Part shown: in pieces, positions 34,414 to 45,953 of the stretch
Position numbering within the stretch: the stretch's first letter is position 1
Layout of the letters: the number at the start of each line of letters is the position of its first letter
DNA from: Sporopachydermia quercuum
Taxonomy: Eukaryota
DNA: 64,000 bases
NCBI GenBank assembly: GCA_001599295.1
Contig: BCGN01000008.1
Coordinates: 1,116,001-1,180,000 of the forward strand
Direction: 5' to 3'
Notes under the pieces: model-generated
Database searches by the model: none
Seen by the model: the letters and a program-made list of their open reading frames with translations, nothing else
Told to the model about the DNA's origin: nothing
Program-made: the position numbers and the translations under genes

Positions 34414-35883
34414 TGAGTTAGTTCACAATATACTCTATATGTACTTCTTTTAAATTTTCTTACTCCAATGTCCATGCACTTACTACTGCAGGCTTTCAGG
34501 ATGTAGATTCAGATAATGAGTTAAGGTATTATATTGAACAAACAACTCTTTACAACAGTTGATTGATATTAACATAGCCCCACTACTGAAGCTGACGTGG
34601 ATTATTTTGCTGTCTATAATGTCACCGGTTTCGTTATTTATTTCCTCAGCCTCACTTTCGATGATAAAGTTATTGGCTCCGAGTCGGAAATTGATTTCTA
34701 CACTTTTTGTGTAATATAACTTTTACAAGAATGAATTTTCATCTGTAAGATTAATAGGGAAAAAAGACAACAAGAAAATGACCGCAATAGAAAATGAACT
34801 AAGCTTGCTGTTTCATACTAAACAGGTAGTTACTTTGTAATTGGAAACATCGTCCTTGGGGAAACAATTAGCAGAATTTCAGTAGTCGCTCTAGGCGAAA
34901 CTAAAGGTCAAATTTCGAGGCACTTTCCTGCATAGCACATGAAGTTTCAAAATAATATAATGCGTGTAAAGTTTGAATAGGTAAGCTTTACGATCACCTG
35001 TTTCGGGGAATAAACAAATGTTAGATCAGCGGAATGGACGTGGTGTATTAGGTTCAAAACTGATATAAATTGAATTTCTGGAACAAAAAAACAACGTTCT
35101 TGGATATAGCGGATTGTTAGCCATCTAAACTCCGTAGGGTATTCAGTACGTACCACATCTACTGTATTTCTGTGAAGAAGGATCATTTGTCCCGATGACA
35201 ATAGAACTTACAATTTCAAGAACTTTAACCTTATTTTATTTAATATGATATGAAATAACTTCAACACTTTTCCATTTATGGTTAACCAGAATCGTTTTTC
35301 CATTAAGCTCTGATAACTCTAATAAACAATGTTTTCGTTGAATTAGACTTTGTTCCAACTTTATTATACTTCAAGCTGTTGTTTTCGTCTCCTGCATTCG
35401 AATCAAATTACTCCAACCACCAAGCTTTCAGTTGGATCAACTTCTGCAAGTACCAACTACAAACTGGTTCAAAATTCTAGTAAATCCTTTTTAAGTTGTA
35501 GACTCATAATGCTAGCTTATCATAAGGAAAAGAGAAATATGCATATTAAGTATATTAGATACCTTTACGCATTTGGTTTCTCCAAGACTTAGATTGCCTT
35601 CAAAACAATCCTATCTCATAATCATGTATTTCAAAAATAAGAATGGTGAAACCTATTTTATACTTAAAAAGAATGGCAGCTCGAGAATTGTTATTACAAA
35701 ACACATAATATGATTCTATGATTTATTTGTTTAAGTTACAATCTTATATAATAAAGCTTTGATATGTGGTTCAAAGTAGTAGTCTTCGCCTAACTTGATC
35801 ACCCTGATCAATTGACACTTATCAAATAGTTAAACAGCAACATTCAATGACATTCATGTGACTACATTCTCATGCTTGAGCCT

Positions 35884-37293
35884 CTAATAAGCAGAAAAGC
35901 GATCAGGTAGAACTACTGGAGCTATCAATGTCCAGACATATATGAAATAACATATCCATGCGCTGACTATCTTTACCCAGGCAGAAAAGTAAGTTCTACC
36001 AATCGGAACAAAATCTCCAATCTCATCCTGCTGAATATTCATTGTCAATAGAGTGGCTACCCATTGGGTCGCTAAGAAAAAAATTATGTGGAAAATTGTA
36101 TAGTTATACTTCACGGATGTGGCTTCATCGTCCTCTTCATCATCTAGTAAAGAAGTATCAGTTAAGGCAGAGGCTGGTAAAGAACCAGAATCTACTGCTT
36201 GTTGTAAAGCTTGTATTCTTAATTGCTGTCTTTCACTAGGTTGATCTGTAATTGGTTGATCTCTCAATGGTTCATAATTATCATCATTACCACCGAAAGT
36301 TGAAGTTTTTGTTGCTGCTGTGGTAGTAGTATAGGCAATAGCCAGTAATGTAAATAGAGCACCTAGAACAATGCTTGCAGTACGTGTACCTCTAGATCTA
36401 ATCAAAGGATTACACATTTTGTCATCTGGTTCTGATGCCACAGCTGCAACGGTCAAATACGTACAATAAATGGAAACCATCGCTCCCTGGGCTAATCCTG
36501 CCCGTGGGTTTGCTTCTTGTACTGCTGGATTTATACTCACGAACGATGCTAGTATTGTGAAAATAAGATTGATAGTTATAGCGGCTTGATTCATTGAGCA
36601 ACTTTTGCCAGCGAAAAAGACATACATTAGCACCGTGAGAACTATTGAACCAACATACATTCCAACAGTCGATCCTATTAGAACTGTTCTCCAGAAGTTT
36701 GAATCAGTATCTTCAATTTTATCCAAGCAGAGCTCAGCCCATGAATGAGCAAAATCAACTAGTAAGATCAATCCTATAAGAATAAACAGCGAAGAAAATC
36801 CCATAGCAATATAATTACCCCAAAAGACAAAGAACGAGTCTGGAATTATAAACGCAAGTATTATTAAAGCAAACCATGCTATAATTTTGATTCCCCAATA
36901 GCCATTTTGCACAGCTGCTCTTGGATTCTTAGTCGATCTTACCCCAACAAGAAATAAACCTAAGATAATATGGAACATTCCTAATGCTAAATTTATTCTG
37001 TGAACAGCTACAAACCCATAGCATTCTTCTCCGTGACACTTCAAGTGAGCAAAATTGAACGTAAGCTTTTCCAATTGTTTAACAGCCCAATCAGAAAGCA
37101 TTATCCATGATAGTATTGAATTGATGGAGAACATTATAGCATATCCAATTCTTGTAGCGATCGACGAAGCACATTTGCCACAAGCTGAGCAGAGAACTGA
37201 ACAAACAGCTCCTCCAAAACAAGATGCAATCCATGAACCTACAATACCTATTGATGGAAGTGCCAAACATGGCAAAGACATAGCGGCCCCCAT
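35884..37293 (-). CDS. TMS1: Serine incorporator (SERINC/TDE family) membrane protein
   Basis: MGA start, SIATRIGYA, CYGFVAVHRI, PRAAVQNGYW, LVDFAHSWAE, EPDDKMCNPL, YNYTIFHIIF and WVKIVSAW. Confidence 0.95.
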   Translation of the reverse strand: MGAAMSLPCLALPSIGIVGSWIASCFGGAVCSVLCSACGKCASSIATRIGYAIMFSINSILSWIMLSDWAVKQLEKLTFNFAHLKCHGEECYGFVAVHRINLALGMFHIILGLFLVGVRSTKNPRAAVQNGYWGIKIIAWFALIILAFIIPDSFFVFWGNYIAMGFSSLFILIGLILLVDFAHSWAELCLDKIEDTDSNFWRTVLIGSTVGMYVGSIVLTVLMYVFFAGKSCSMNQAAITINLIFTILASFVSINPAVQEANPRAGLAQGAMVSIYCTYLTVAAVASEPDDKMCNPLIRSRGTRTASIVLGALFTLLAIAYTTTTAATKTSTFGGNDDNYEPLRDQPITDQPSERQQLRIQALQQAVDSGSLPASALTDTSLLDDEEDDEATSVKYNYTIFHIIFFLATQWVATLLTMNIQQDEIGDFVPIGRTYFSAWVKIVSAWICYFIYVWTLIAPVVLPDRFSAY

Positions 37294-37766
37294 TCTGATT
37301 GTATCAATGTTTTGGTAATAATGTTCCTATAACCAACAGGAAATAACAATGGCCCACTATTAGCTGATGTGCACCTTTTCAAAGAACAACCTAATAGCAC
37401 AACTATAAAAATATTTATCTCATGTAAACTGCTGATTTTTCATTTTAGGAATCAATAACAGTTGTTCTTGATTTTGAATGCATTTCTTCAGACCAAGAAG
37501 ATGGATGATAAGATCGCAGAGAGTGATAAGAAGCAGAAACAAAAGTAGGGAATTTTAGCCGTATTTCGTGACCTTAAGGAAATCTGTTAGGTTAGGTAAA
37601 GTATTATTCAGAAGATAAACGATTACGTAATCTGGGTTACTTTTTCGAGTTGGAACGTTAGGTACTATTACTAATATAGGTAGAATATGTTAAGTTTATT
37701 AAGAAAGTACATTGCTTTTTATTCATGATAGAATAATGCTATTAATTATTTATAGACACTTTAGTG

Positions 37767-40700
37767 TTAGTCTACACGTTCATAGAACAACAAATATGCT
37801 CCTCGTTGAGCAACATGATTGTTCTTATCACCATGCCGTATCGAAGTCTGGGCTTTATCATCATCAAAATAGCACCAAACTTTCCTACCATCATTAACAC
37901 TATATCGACTAGCAATAGTAGTATAATGACCAGATTTTAGTGTCCCACAATGATTAACAACTGCACACAATGTATATAAAGGAGCTGAGGAGTTGCTATC
38001 TACTTTCTGCTCAATTTCTTCATGATATTTTGACGTCATCTTGTGTAATGATAATGATAATGGATAACTCAAGATAGTCTCAATCTTTTTTGTTTTTAGG
38101 CCATCTGACTTGAACCTGCTCATGTGTAGAATGAGTATCTTGGGGAATCTGCAAATAGAGAGAGATTTAACACATTCTCTCTGGGAAATATATTGTTTCA
38201 TCATTGCGTCAGTGCTTACCTTCGTTGGCGTATTCTTCTTGCTAGATCCAAACAATCCAACCCCTGAGCTTTTCTTATTAAACATACGATCGATATTTGC
38301 AACTTCTATACTTGCTGCTTTAGCCTTTGTTTTACATTTAGGACAATCCCATGAGTTTTCTCCTTTCAACGTTTCGCTGGCTGTGAACTGATGTAAACAA
38401 TTTTCTAATGATACAGCTCTCTTAGGTTCATCAGGCATTGGTAACGTCAAGTATGAAAATGAAGTAAATGTGTCAGATTTCGTACCGCATCTTTTACATC
38501 TTAAACGGCTCTGTAGCTGTCCTTGAAATAACTCGCTAATTAATGATCCTTTAGACAAGAAGTATGAGTCCCATTGAACTCGACTATCTTTCACATCTGA
38601 GTAGCAAAATTTATCATCGATGGTAAACCATTTATGTATTATACTTTTCCCGGTTTGATTTGGTTCGTATTTTGTTACTCTGTTCCAATCGTCTGAAATG
38701 GGGTGCTTATTGTTCAATTCATCATGTAGTCTGTCAAGGATAAAGCTGAGAAATTCCAAGGCATCCTGTTGTTCTACACCAATATTGAAATCTGGCCGAA
38801 GCTTGGCACACCGAGCTAAGAAAGGAGTTGGAACCAACGCTGAACCGTTGTACATAAAGACGGCTTTCAATAAGGCATTAAATTCATTAGCCAAGGTTGA
38901 CTGTACAGCAGCAGGTGATTGTGCTATCGCATCATTATAGTACTTCGCATAAAAGTCTGAATAGAGCACTGCAACAAATGGTTTCAAGGAGAATAATGCT
39001 TGTAAAGTCGCATTGATGAAGCAAGTATTTCCTATATTCTTCAATGGTGTGATAACGTCCACTTCGTTGAGTTTCATCAGCTGATTTCTAGGGTCTTTAC
39101 CTTGAGAATTAAACTGTTGATTAATTGTCGCTGGAGGTGCGTTACGTTGGATCATTGGAGAAGCAAATTGTTGATTACTTGTCGCTGGTGACAAAGGAGT
39201 GTTAGGTTGAGTCATCGGAGGAGCAAACTGTTGATAGGATGAATGGCCAATGTTACTATTCGGAAGAGTTGAGGATAATGGCCCGGCCAATGGGTAAGGA
39301 GGTAGTTGAGAGATACATGGGATAACCATAGGATGTTCCGATGGCACTGGATGTCGTACAGGAGTAATATTGGAGGTATTATTAGCTGTTTGATGGTTTG
39401 GAATATAAGCATTATTCATTTGAGGAGTCATAATACTGTTACCTGTCGTTTGGTTGGGTCTATTACTTTCATCGTGATATTGTTTATATTGCTGCTGCTG
39501 TTGCTGATAAAATTGACTTTGGGATGGATGAAATCCATTGTTATTGTTTTCGGCTAGTCTGCTCATTTGAAGCTCTTGTTCTTGCAATTCATATGCATAT
39601 TGATACTGTTTCCATGCATCATATCCTCCCATTAAAACTCTGGGAGGTCTGCGTAGCTTTTGTCGTAAATGGCTAAAACCAAATACTGCCATGAACAAAT
39701 TAGTGAATAAGTCTTTATGTTTCATGGTCTCATTATCAGTATAGAATACTAAATATTCGTATTTGGCTCTTATTTGGAAAAGCCCCACTTCTTCCAAGGG
39801 GATTGCCTGGGATAGATTGTTTTCTAATGCAACATCATCAGTAGGATATTTCAAGAATAATGGATCAATATTAACAATATGACTATAAGGTATATGTTCA
39901 TCTGTGAAGAGTCTTCTTGACCTGACGTCTATCAATAAGAGCGAAAAAGGATTATTGCTGAGTATCAAGTCGTGAAGAGCATTACAATCGATTGGCACCG
40001 GGGCGACCATTTCTGGTTTCTGCTGAAGTGGCTGGGGTTCTTGGGTTTGTATAGGTGGCTGAGACTGAGGAGGAATCGAGTTAACAGATGTGTTCGATCG
40101 ATTTTTGGGTTGCATTTTACGTTGATTGTTAGGTTGTTGATAATGAATTCCTTCTTCTGATGAAAATCTATCGTTTGCGTCATGAATGGAACGAGAAATA
40201 TCTTCTCCAGAACTATTCAATCCTGGCTCTCTGTTTCTGTACGCGTTCTTAGATTGCGAATGTGCGTCATTTGCACCTATCACTGTTCCCGGTTGGTTGT
40301 AAGCTTCATTCAGAGATTCGTTTGACTTGAAATATCCATCATTCCTAATATTAACAAGAGGCGAAGCTTGTGATTGAGTCCGGGGTTCACTATTCTTATT
40401 CATAGTACCAAAGCTATACCTTTCTTTATCTCTACGTTGATCTCTGATAAAAGTTGGTTCCCTAAACAATTCCACTTGTTCAGTTTTCTTTGAAATAGAC
40501 AGACAACCTCCATCTGACGGTACGGATGGTATAGCATCTAGCGCCACTTCCTCTTGGGCATCTAATTGTTGCAAATCTGTTTTTCCATCAATAATTTTAC
40601 CGCCGTTTTCTATTCCATAGTACTGTAAGAAAGAATCGGTATAGTGCTCGTGGCTGCTGCTTCTACGGTTAGGGTCTGTACCTAGCACATTTTTTCCACT

Positions 40701-42452
40701 ATCTGATAAACCATCTGAACTAATCTTAGGTCCTGATGAGGCATTGCTTCCCGCCAACGGTTCATCCTGATGAAACGCTCGAGCTTCAGATTTACTCGTG
40801 TTAGGTGGTTGTTGTTCCTTCAAGGTTGAATCCTTATTTTTTTCATTCTTGCTTTTCCCACTTGCAGACTTCTTGGTGTTGGATTTAGTATCTTTAGTTT
40901 TGAATGACTCCTTACTGAAAGTCCCTGACATTATTTCTCTTGCATGGGAATAAACCTGAGAATCTATAAATTCATATAGTTTTCTACCAGGTTTACTTTG
41001 CCGGAAATCAGTATATATTTTAGAATACCTTTCAAACGTATTATGATCTTTTTCATTCAATGATGGATATCCTGGATCCATCGCAACGTTAATAGTCAGT
41101 AGGATATACCCTTTGATAAATGACAAAGCTGCAGTCTTATGTTCACCTTCGGCATAACTGAATAAAAAAGTATCAAAAGATGATTCTGCAAAGTTTACTA
41201 GCTGAGGAATCTTATACCCTGTTTTCCATGATTTATTATATGTGAATTTTGTTGCTTGCACTGCTAAAGTCTCTAGATTATCTTTTGTTATGTTGATTTC
41301 CAGTTTTGATGAGGAACTAGCTGACATGGATTTCATTGAATATTCGTCCTCAGATTTCCTTGGTTTAATTGGATTATTAACCTTTTGTAGCACTGGCGAG
41401 TTTAACGTTTGTTTGATAGTATTAGGCTGGTGATAATGCTGATTCTGTGCCGGTATACGTTCAGGTTCTGATGGAGGATTTGATTTGGAGCGCTCAGAAT
41501 GCTCAACCTGTGGCTGTGGTTGGGTATTATTTATCGGTTGTTGCTGGTGAGCAATCTCATGATAATTCTGGCCTTTATCCCACTCAGGCTGATAATAATT
41601 TCTGCGGGTTTTATCATTTGAGTTCCTAATGGTTGGCTGTGGATCATTGCAAATCTCTTGTTGAGTATCAGTATTAATGTCGCCTCCATAGGCACCTCTA
41701 GCAGTAGAAGTAGAGCTGATAGTTGATATAGCAGTATTATTCTTTGAAAATACTGGCTTCCGCTTGGAAGCTTCGTATAGGTTCATTGAATCCATTGAAT
41801 TTCGTAATTCTTGAACTGGTTCATGTTCCTGATGTTGCCTTGTATATGCACTAGAGCTATAGTCTTGCTGATGCTTATGTTGGATACCAGTACTCCTATT
41901 ATTATTACTATACCTATCAACAGATCCATCACTTTGGAAATTTTTATTCTGATTTACCAGATAACTGTCATTAGTATTATTTAAATCATCATTTTCGCTT
42001 GGATGAGACCAGTTACTACCGTTAGAATGTTCCTGAGTAGATGAAGCACAACCATTGTTACTATCTATAGCCCCGTTTGGTTCACTACCATATTGGGTAT
42101 GTTCGTAATAAGGTTGAGTACTATGGTTCTTAGAATGAGAAACAAGAACAGAATTTTTTTGCTGGTTGTCGCTATATAATGATGTTTGCTGAACTCCACG
42201 ATAAGAATCAGATTTCTCTGGTAGTGATGTATTATTTACTTGCTTTCCCTCTAGAGAATATTGTTGTGGAGGGTTTTGCAACGTGGGTTGTTGATAATGA
42301 TAAGGCTGTTGCTGGTTTGTAGTAGTGTTAGGTAAGTGCTGTTCATTGTAGTTGAACTTCGTTGATGGATAACTCACACCACGATAATCATAGCTAATAT
42401 TCTGATTGTAATTAGAGTGTGAGCCATTATAAGAGCCTTGTTGAGGATTCAT
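37767..42452 (-). CDS. Ubiquitin-specific protease (USP/C19) with rhodanese-like domain, Ubp7/Ubp11/Doa4 group; long Q/N-rich N-terminus
   Basis: Cys box LKNIGNTCFINATLQAL, QQDALEFL, zinc ribbons CKRC and WDCPKC, His box AVVNHCGTLKSGHYT, and AYLLFYER; rhodanese-like LLLIDVRSR...LMGGYDAW. RPDFNIGVEQQD looks closest to the Ubp7/11 type. Confidence 0.9.
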   Translation of the reverse strand: MNPQQGSYNGSHSNYNQNISYDYRGVSYPSTKFNYNEQHLPNTTTNQQQPYHYQQPTLQNPPQQYSLEGKQVNNTSLPEKSDSYRGVQQTSLYSDNQQKNSVLVSHSKNHSTQPYYEHTQYGSEPNGAIDSNNGCASSTQEHSNGSNWSHPSENDDLNNTNDSYLVNQNKNFQSDGSVDRYSNNNRSTGIQHKHQQDYSSSAYTRQHQEHEPVQELRNSMDSMNLYEASKRKPVFSKNNTAISTISSTSTARGAYGGDINTDTQQEICNDPQPTIRNSNDKTRRNYYQPEWDKGQNYHEIAHQQQPINNTQPQPQVEHSERSKSNPPSEPERIPAQNQHYHQPNTIKQTLNSPVLQKVNNPIKPRKSEDEYSMKSMSASSSSKLEINITKDNLETLAVQATKFTYNKSWKTGYKIPQLVNFAESSFDTFLFSYAEGEHKTAALSFIKGYILLTINVAMDPGYPSLNEKDHNTFERYSKIYTDFRQSKPGRKLYEFIDSQVYSHAREIMSGTFSKESFKTKDTKSNTKKSASGKSKNEKNKDSTLKEQQPPNTSKSEARAFHQDEPLAGSNASSGPKISSDGLSDSGKNVLGTDPNRRSSSHEHYTDSFLQYYGIENGGKIIDGKTDLQQLDAQEEVALDAIPSVPSDGGCLSISKKTEQVELFREPTFIRDQRRDKERYSFGTMNKNSEPRTQSQASPLVNIRNDGYFKSNESLNEAYNQPGTVIGANDAHSQSKNAYRNREPGLNSSGEDISRSIHDANDRFSSEEGIHYQQPNNQRKMQPKNRSNTSVNSIPPQSQPPIQTQEPQPLQQKPEMVAPVPIDCNALHDLILSNNPFSLLLIDVRSRRLFTDEHIPYSHIVNIDPLFLKYPTDDVALENNLSQAIPLEEVGLFQIRAKYEYLVFYTDNETMKHKDLFTNLFMAVFGFSHLRQKLRRPPRVLMGGYDAWKQYQYAYELQEQELQMSRLAENNNNGFHPSQSQFYQQQQQQYKQYHDESNRPNQTTGNSIMTPQMNNAYIPNHQTANNTSNITPVRHPVPSEHPMVIPCISQLPPYPLAGPLSSTLPNSNIGHSSYQQFAPPMTQPNTPLSPATSNQQFASPMIQRNAPPATINQQFNSQGKDPRNQLMKLNEVDVITPLKNIGNTCFINATLQALFSLKPFVAVLYSDFYAKYYNDAIAQSPAAVQSTLANEFNALLKAVFMYNGSALVPTPFLARCAKLRPDFNIGVEQQDALEFLSFILDRLHDELNNKHPISDDWNRVTKYEPNQTGKSIIHKWFTIDDKFCYSDVKDSRVQWDSYFLSKGSLISELFQGQLQSRLRCKRCGTKSDTFTSFSYLTLPMPDEPKRAVSLENCLHQFTASETLKGENSWDCPKCKTKAKAASIEVANIDRMFNKKSSGVGLFGSSKKNTPTKVSTDAMMKQYISQRECVKSLSICRFPKILILHMSRFKSDGLKTKKIETILSYPLSLSLHKMTSKYHEEIEQKVDSNSSAPLYTLCAVVNHCGTLKSGHYTTIASRYSVNDGRKVWCYFDDDKAQTSIRHGDKNNHVAQRGAYLLFYERVD

Positions 42453-43689
42453 TATTTATGTAAACATTAAGGCAATTGATTGCTTGGTTTATTCATCTGT
42501 TCTTGGGATGCCAAGTAGTGTTATGTTTTTTGAATCGAAATATCTATATGGCAATAGATGATACTTCAAACTCTAGCCATATTGTAAACTATGGTTGAAA
42601 AGCAAGGTTGATAGTTAAGTGTTTAAACAAAGGTATCTCAGTATTCGGACTAAGTTAATTCATCAATGAACGAGAGTTTTTTATAGAGTAATTTCAACAG
42701 TATTATAGGAGTAGTAATTCGTTATAGTAAGCGACGCAAATGGAAAGAAGCTTTCTTAGGTAATCCTCAACGAGAGGAGAAGATGCAAGATTTTTCGGAA
42801 TCGATAACTTGAAAATCAAAGTTATAATTTCCATATTAGGTTGCAACTGCAACAGGTAATTATAGTCAACACATGAAATGTCTTAGGAAGGAGAATCAAA
42901 TCATAAAAAAAAAAAAAAAGAGGATACTTTATCTTAGGGTAATATAATTTATGCATTTTTTGGATTCCTATGAGTTATTGAAATTAGAAGTACTTTACTC
43001 ACAAATAGGTCATCGTTGCTTTCTGCGAACCTATCAAATTCCCACCTAAAGAATGCCTTAATGAGAAATGAAATGACAAACCATCCAATATTGGGCCCAC
43101 AAGTCAGTGTTTTAGTATTTTTGCTTGATTGTCATTTAACTTTTTAAGATTCTGTATCATAGAAGTTGATCTTTATGCAACTCAAAGCAGTTGCCGTGCC
43201 AGAACTTCTCAGGAGTAGTGGTGATAGACCCGGTTCCTTGTAGTGGTGTATTGCTAGCTATTGACTGTTAAAGTGCTGTTATTATACTCTTTGTTCTGCT
43301 ATTGTTATAATTTTCCCCCTTGAAAGTTAGGGTCAGTACAATAGAATCTAGAATGAGGTTTTCACACGTTCTAGAATCAAATTACATATACTACAACTGC
43401 AATCTGAAATACGCTAACCATTAAATATAACCATTATTTTGCAGTTTATAAACTTGTTCTTTTTTCTCAAATTCGGTTCCATACCAAAACCAGATTATTA
43501 TCATATTATCTGAGATTATCCTTAAAGCAAATAAAAAAAATAAACCTCGATGACCTCTCACACCTTAACCATGTTCTAATCTAACATTTTTCTTCCAGAT
43601 ACCAATCTAACATTTAAATCTGACCTTAGATTCCATAATCATCAACATTCAAATCAATATTTGTATCTATTAATCTAATGTATAGAGCT

Positions 43690-45495
43690 CTACATTGTTT
43701 TAGATGTACTACTCGAAGTAAGTCTATTACCAAGTCCACTGTAAGCCTCCTCATCGAGATTCCTTAATGAAATGGCTGCGTTGTTCAGCACATCATCATT
43801 TTCATTATCACTAGAATCGTTGTTCTCGTTTTCATAGTTATTCATGAGCCCACTAATTATTAAATCACCAGCAGTAATTGAATCGAGAACTGACAAAACA
43901 TCCTCAGGGAAGATTTTAGGAAATAGCAAAGTAGCACATGCTGCTAAACCAACCAAAATTACAGGAAACCCTATTGCTGCAACTGTTTGGGTAATTGCAA
44001 TTTCTGCTGTTGCACCAACCACCTCAAAAATGAGAAACAAATCAAAATATCTTCTTGGATTCTTATATTTATACTTTAAGTCCTTGATCAGAGCTAATGG
44101 ATGATCAAGAGGAACAAATGAAGCTTCTGAAAAACGATAAACAAGATCGTATGAAATAGAGTTTCCAAATAATCCGGTAGACCCCATTAAAATGAACAAA
44201 CCTGCTAACACACCTTGGGGAACTTGATGCAAAACAATCAATAGTGGTCTTGACATAGTTCCGAGAATTAACAGACCTTGACCTAAATTAGTAACACGCT
44301 GTTCGACGACACGCGACACTTGCTTAGTAGATTTTAGGATTTTTCCATCATGATCATATATACTCTTTGTTTCATACACACATAACGAAGTAGTATGTAA
44401 AGGAGCTTGAGGAATAAGCCCATTAGGTGCAGGAATACCTATAAGTCCAGAAACACCTGTAGTGATACCTAACAAGAAAATATCCCAATGAAAACCAGCT
44501 GGCTTTTTCAAAGGGTATTGAGGACCTTGGCACATCAACGACGATACATTATGATCAAAAAAAAACAAAAATGTCAGAAGGATTCCAAACGGAACAGCTA
44601 AAAAGACATCGCCAACAGAAATGCCTTCCCAAAATCTAATAAACCAATTGTTACGACCTTCAGCTGTTGGACTGAATGCTTTGGTGATTGGTAAAGTCTC
44701 CACGTTGGTCCCTGACAAAGCACCACCAAAATGAACGAATGCTGAAAAGAAAACAACTGAAAAAGGAGTATAATAATCAGCAAAAATATTTCTCACAGTT
44801 TGATTCAAAAGTTTTGATTTGTTCCCAAGGGCAAATAAAAACAATCCTGTCGCTGTTACTAGTAGAGCAACGACAATACTGAGGTAACCTGAAGCAATTG
44901 TAGCATAATCATCACCAAATTGATTCAGCAAGATCTCAATTGCTTTCCCAATATATATAACATTGATAAAGAAACCAAACATATTACAGGAATACATCGT
45001 AATAAATCTCATAACCTTAGCTGAGTTGAATACAGCAAGCCCAATATGGAATATCATAGCCCATAAGCAAATCCAGCACATAAATTGGAAATAGGGAATC
45101 TCTGCTGATTCGTTTGACTTTCTTTTCTTCAAAATATCATATACAGTATAATTAAAGATTGATATAGGGCCAGTGACACCAACAATACATAATGGTTGAC
45201 CAGAGAGTAAACCAAATACAATGCCAGCTATGGCTGATGATAAAAGTACTTCATTAACACCATAGGAATTATCAGTACGATCAAACATATCTTGAGCAAA
45301 AGCAATAGCTGGTAACAAATTTGTGAAATACATGAAAATAGTAGATGGAATTACTCTATAATCAATCGCATCAGTGAAATCAGAGCCATAGTGCGGGAGC
45401 CTAGCTCTAATGTCAGAGGATAAACCTTTTCCAATGGAGCAAAGACCTTTCTTTACTTTTGACCAAGTAGAAACTTTCCTTCGATCGGACGCCAT
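43690..45495 (-). CDS. BOR1: Boron efflux transporter (SLC4/HCO3- transporter family)
   Basis: YFTNLLPAIAFAQDMFDRTDNSYGVNEVLLSSA, GQPLCIVGVTGP, FDHNVSSL, GFHWD, PAPNGLIPQAPLHT and EQRVTN. Confidence 0.96.
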   Translation of the reverse strand: MASDRRKVSTWSKVKKGLCSIGKGLSSDIRARLPHYGSDFTDAIDYRVIPSTIFMYFTNLLPAIAFAQDMFDRTDNSYGVNEVLLSSAIAGIVFGLLSGQPLCIVGVTGPISIFNYTVYDILKKRKSNESAEIPYFQFMCWICLWAMIFHIGLAVFNSAKVMRFITMYSCNMFGFFINVIYIGKAIEILLNQFGDDYATIASGYLSIVVALLVTATGLFLFALGNKSKLLNQTVRNIFADYYTPFSVVFFSAFVHFGGALSGTNVETLPITKAFSPTAEGRNNWFIRFWEGISVGDVFLAVPFGILLTFLFFFDHNVSSLMCQGPQYPLKKPAGFHWDIFLLGITTGVSGLIGIPAPNGLIPQAPLHTTSLCVYETKSIYDHDGKILKSTKQVSRVVEQRVTNLGQGLLILGTMSRPLLIVLHQVPQGVLAGLFILMGSTGLFGNSISYDLVYRFSEASFVPLDHPLALIKDLKYKYKNPRRYFDLFLIFEVVGATAEIAITQTVAAIGFPVILVGLAACATLLFPKIFPEDVLSVLDSITAGDLIISGLMNNYENENNDSSDNENDDVLNNAAISLRNLDEEAYSGLGNRLTSSSTSKTM

Positions 45496-45935
45496 TTTAG
45501 AGTATAAACATTCTTTTTGAAGTCCCAGTAAGTCAGACCTTTAGATCCTATATCGCAGTTATTATTATAATAGCATAGATAACAAAGAACATTCCTTCTC
45601 AATATCTGAGTGTAAAATAGATGATTCAGAATCTAGGTATCTATGTCCAGTTCCCATCTAGAGTTATATTTTCTAACATTATCAATCGATATAACAAGAA
45701 GCAGATGAAAATATGAAAAAAGTTGCAAACCTATTGCCCTAAAGTGTGAAAAAAATTCATTCAGAAGTATGAGTACAAATAAAATATCCTATTCACTGAA
45801 CAAGCATTGATCGAATGTAATGAGAGGTGCACTAAAACTTATTCTTGGTTTAATGCCTGTTTTGAATAAATTTTTATGTTCTTCTATGTTAGCTCTGTTA
45901 GGTATGCTTCCAGTTCTGTCCCAATATATATGGAA

Positions 45936-45953
45936 GGGAAAGGGAAAGGGAAA
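45936..45953. repeat. Short (GGGAAA)3 purine microsatellite
   Basis: gggaaagggaaagggaaa, upstream of BOR1. Confidence 0.7.
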
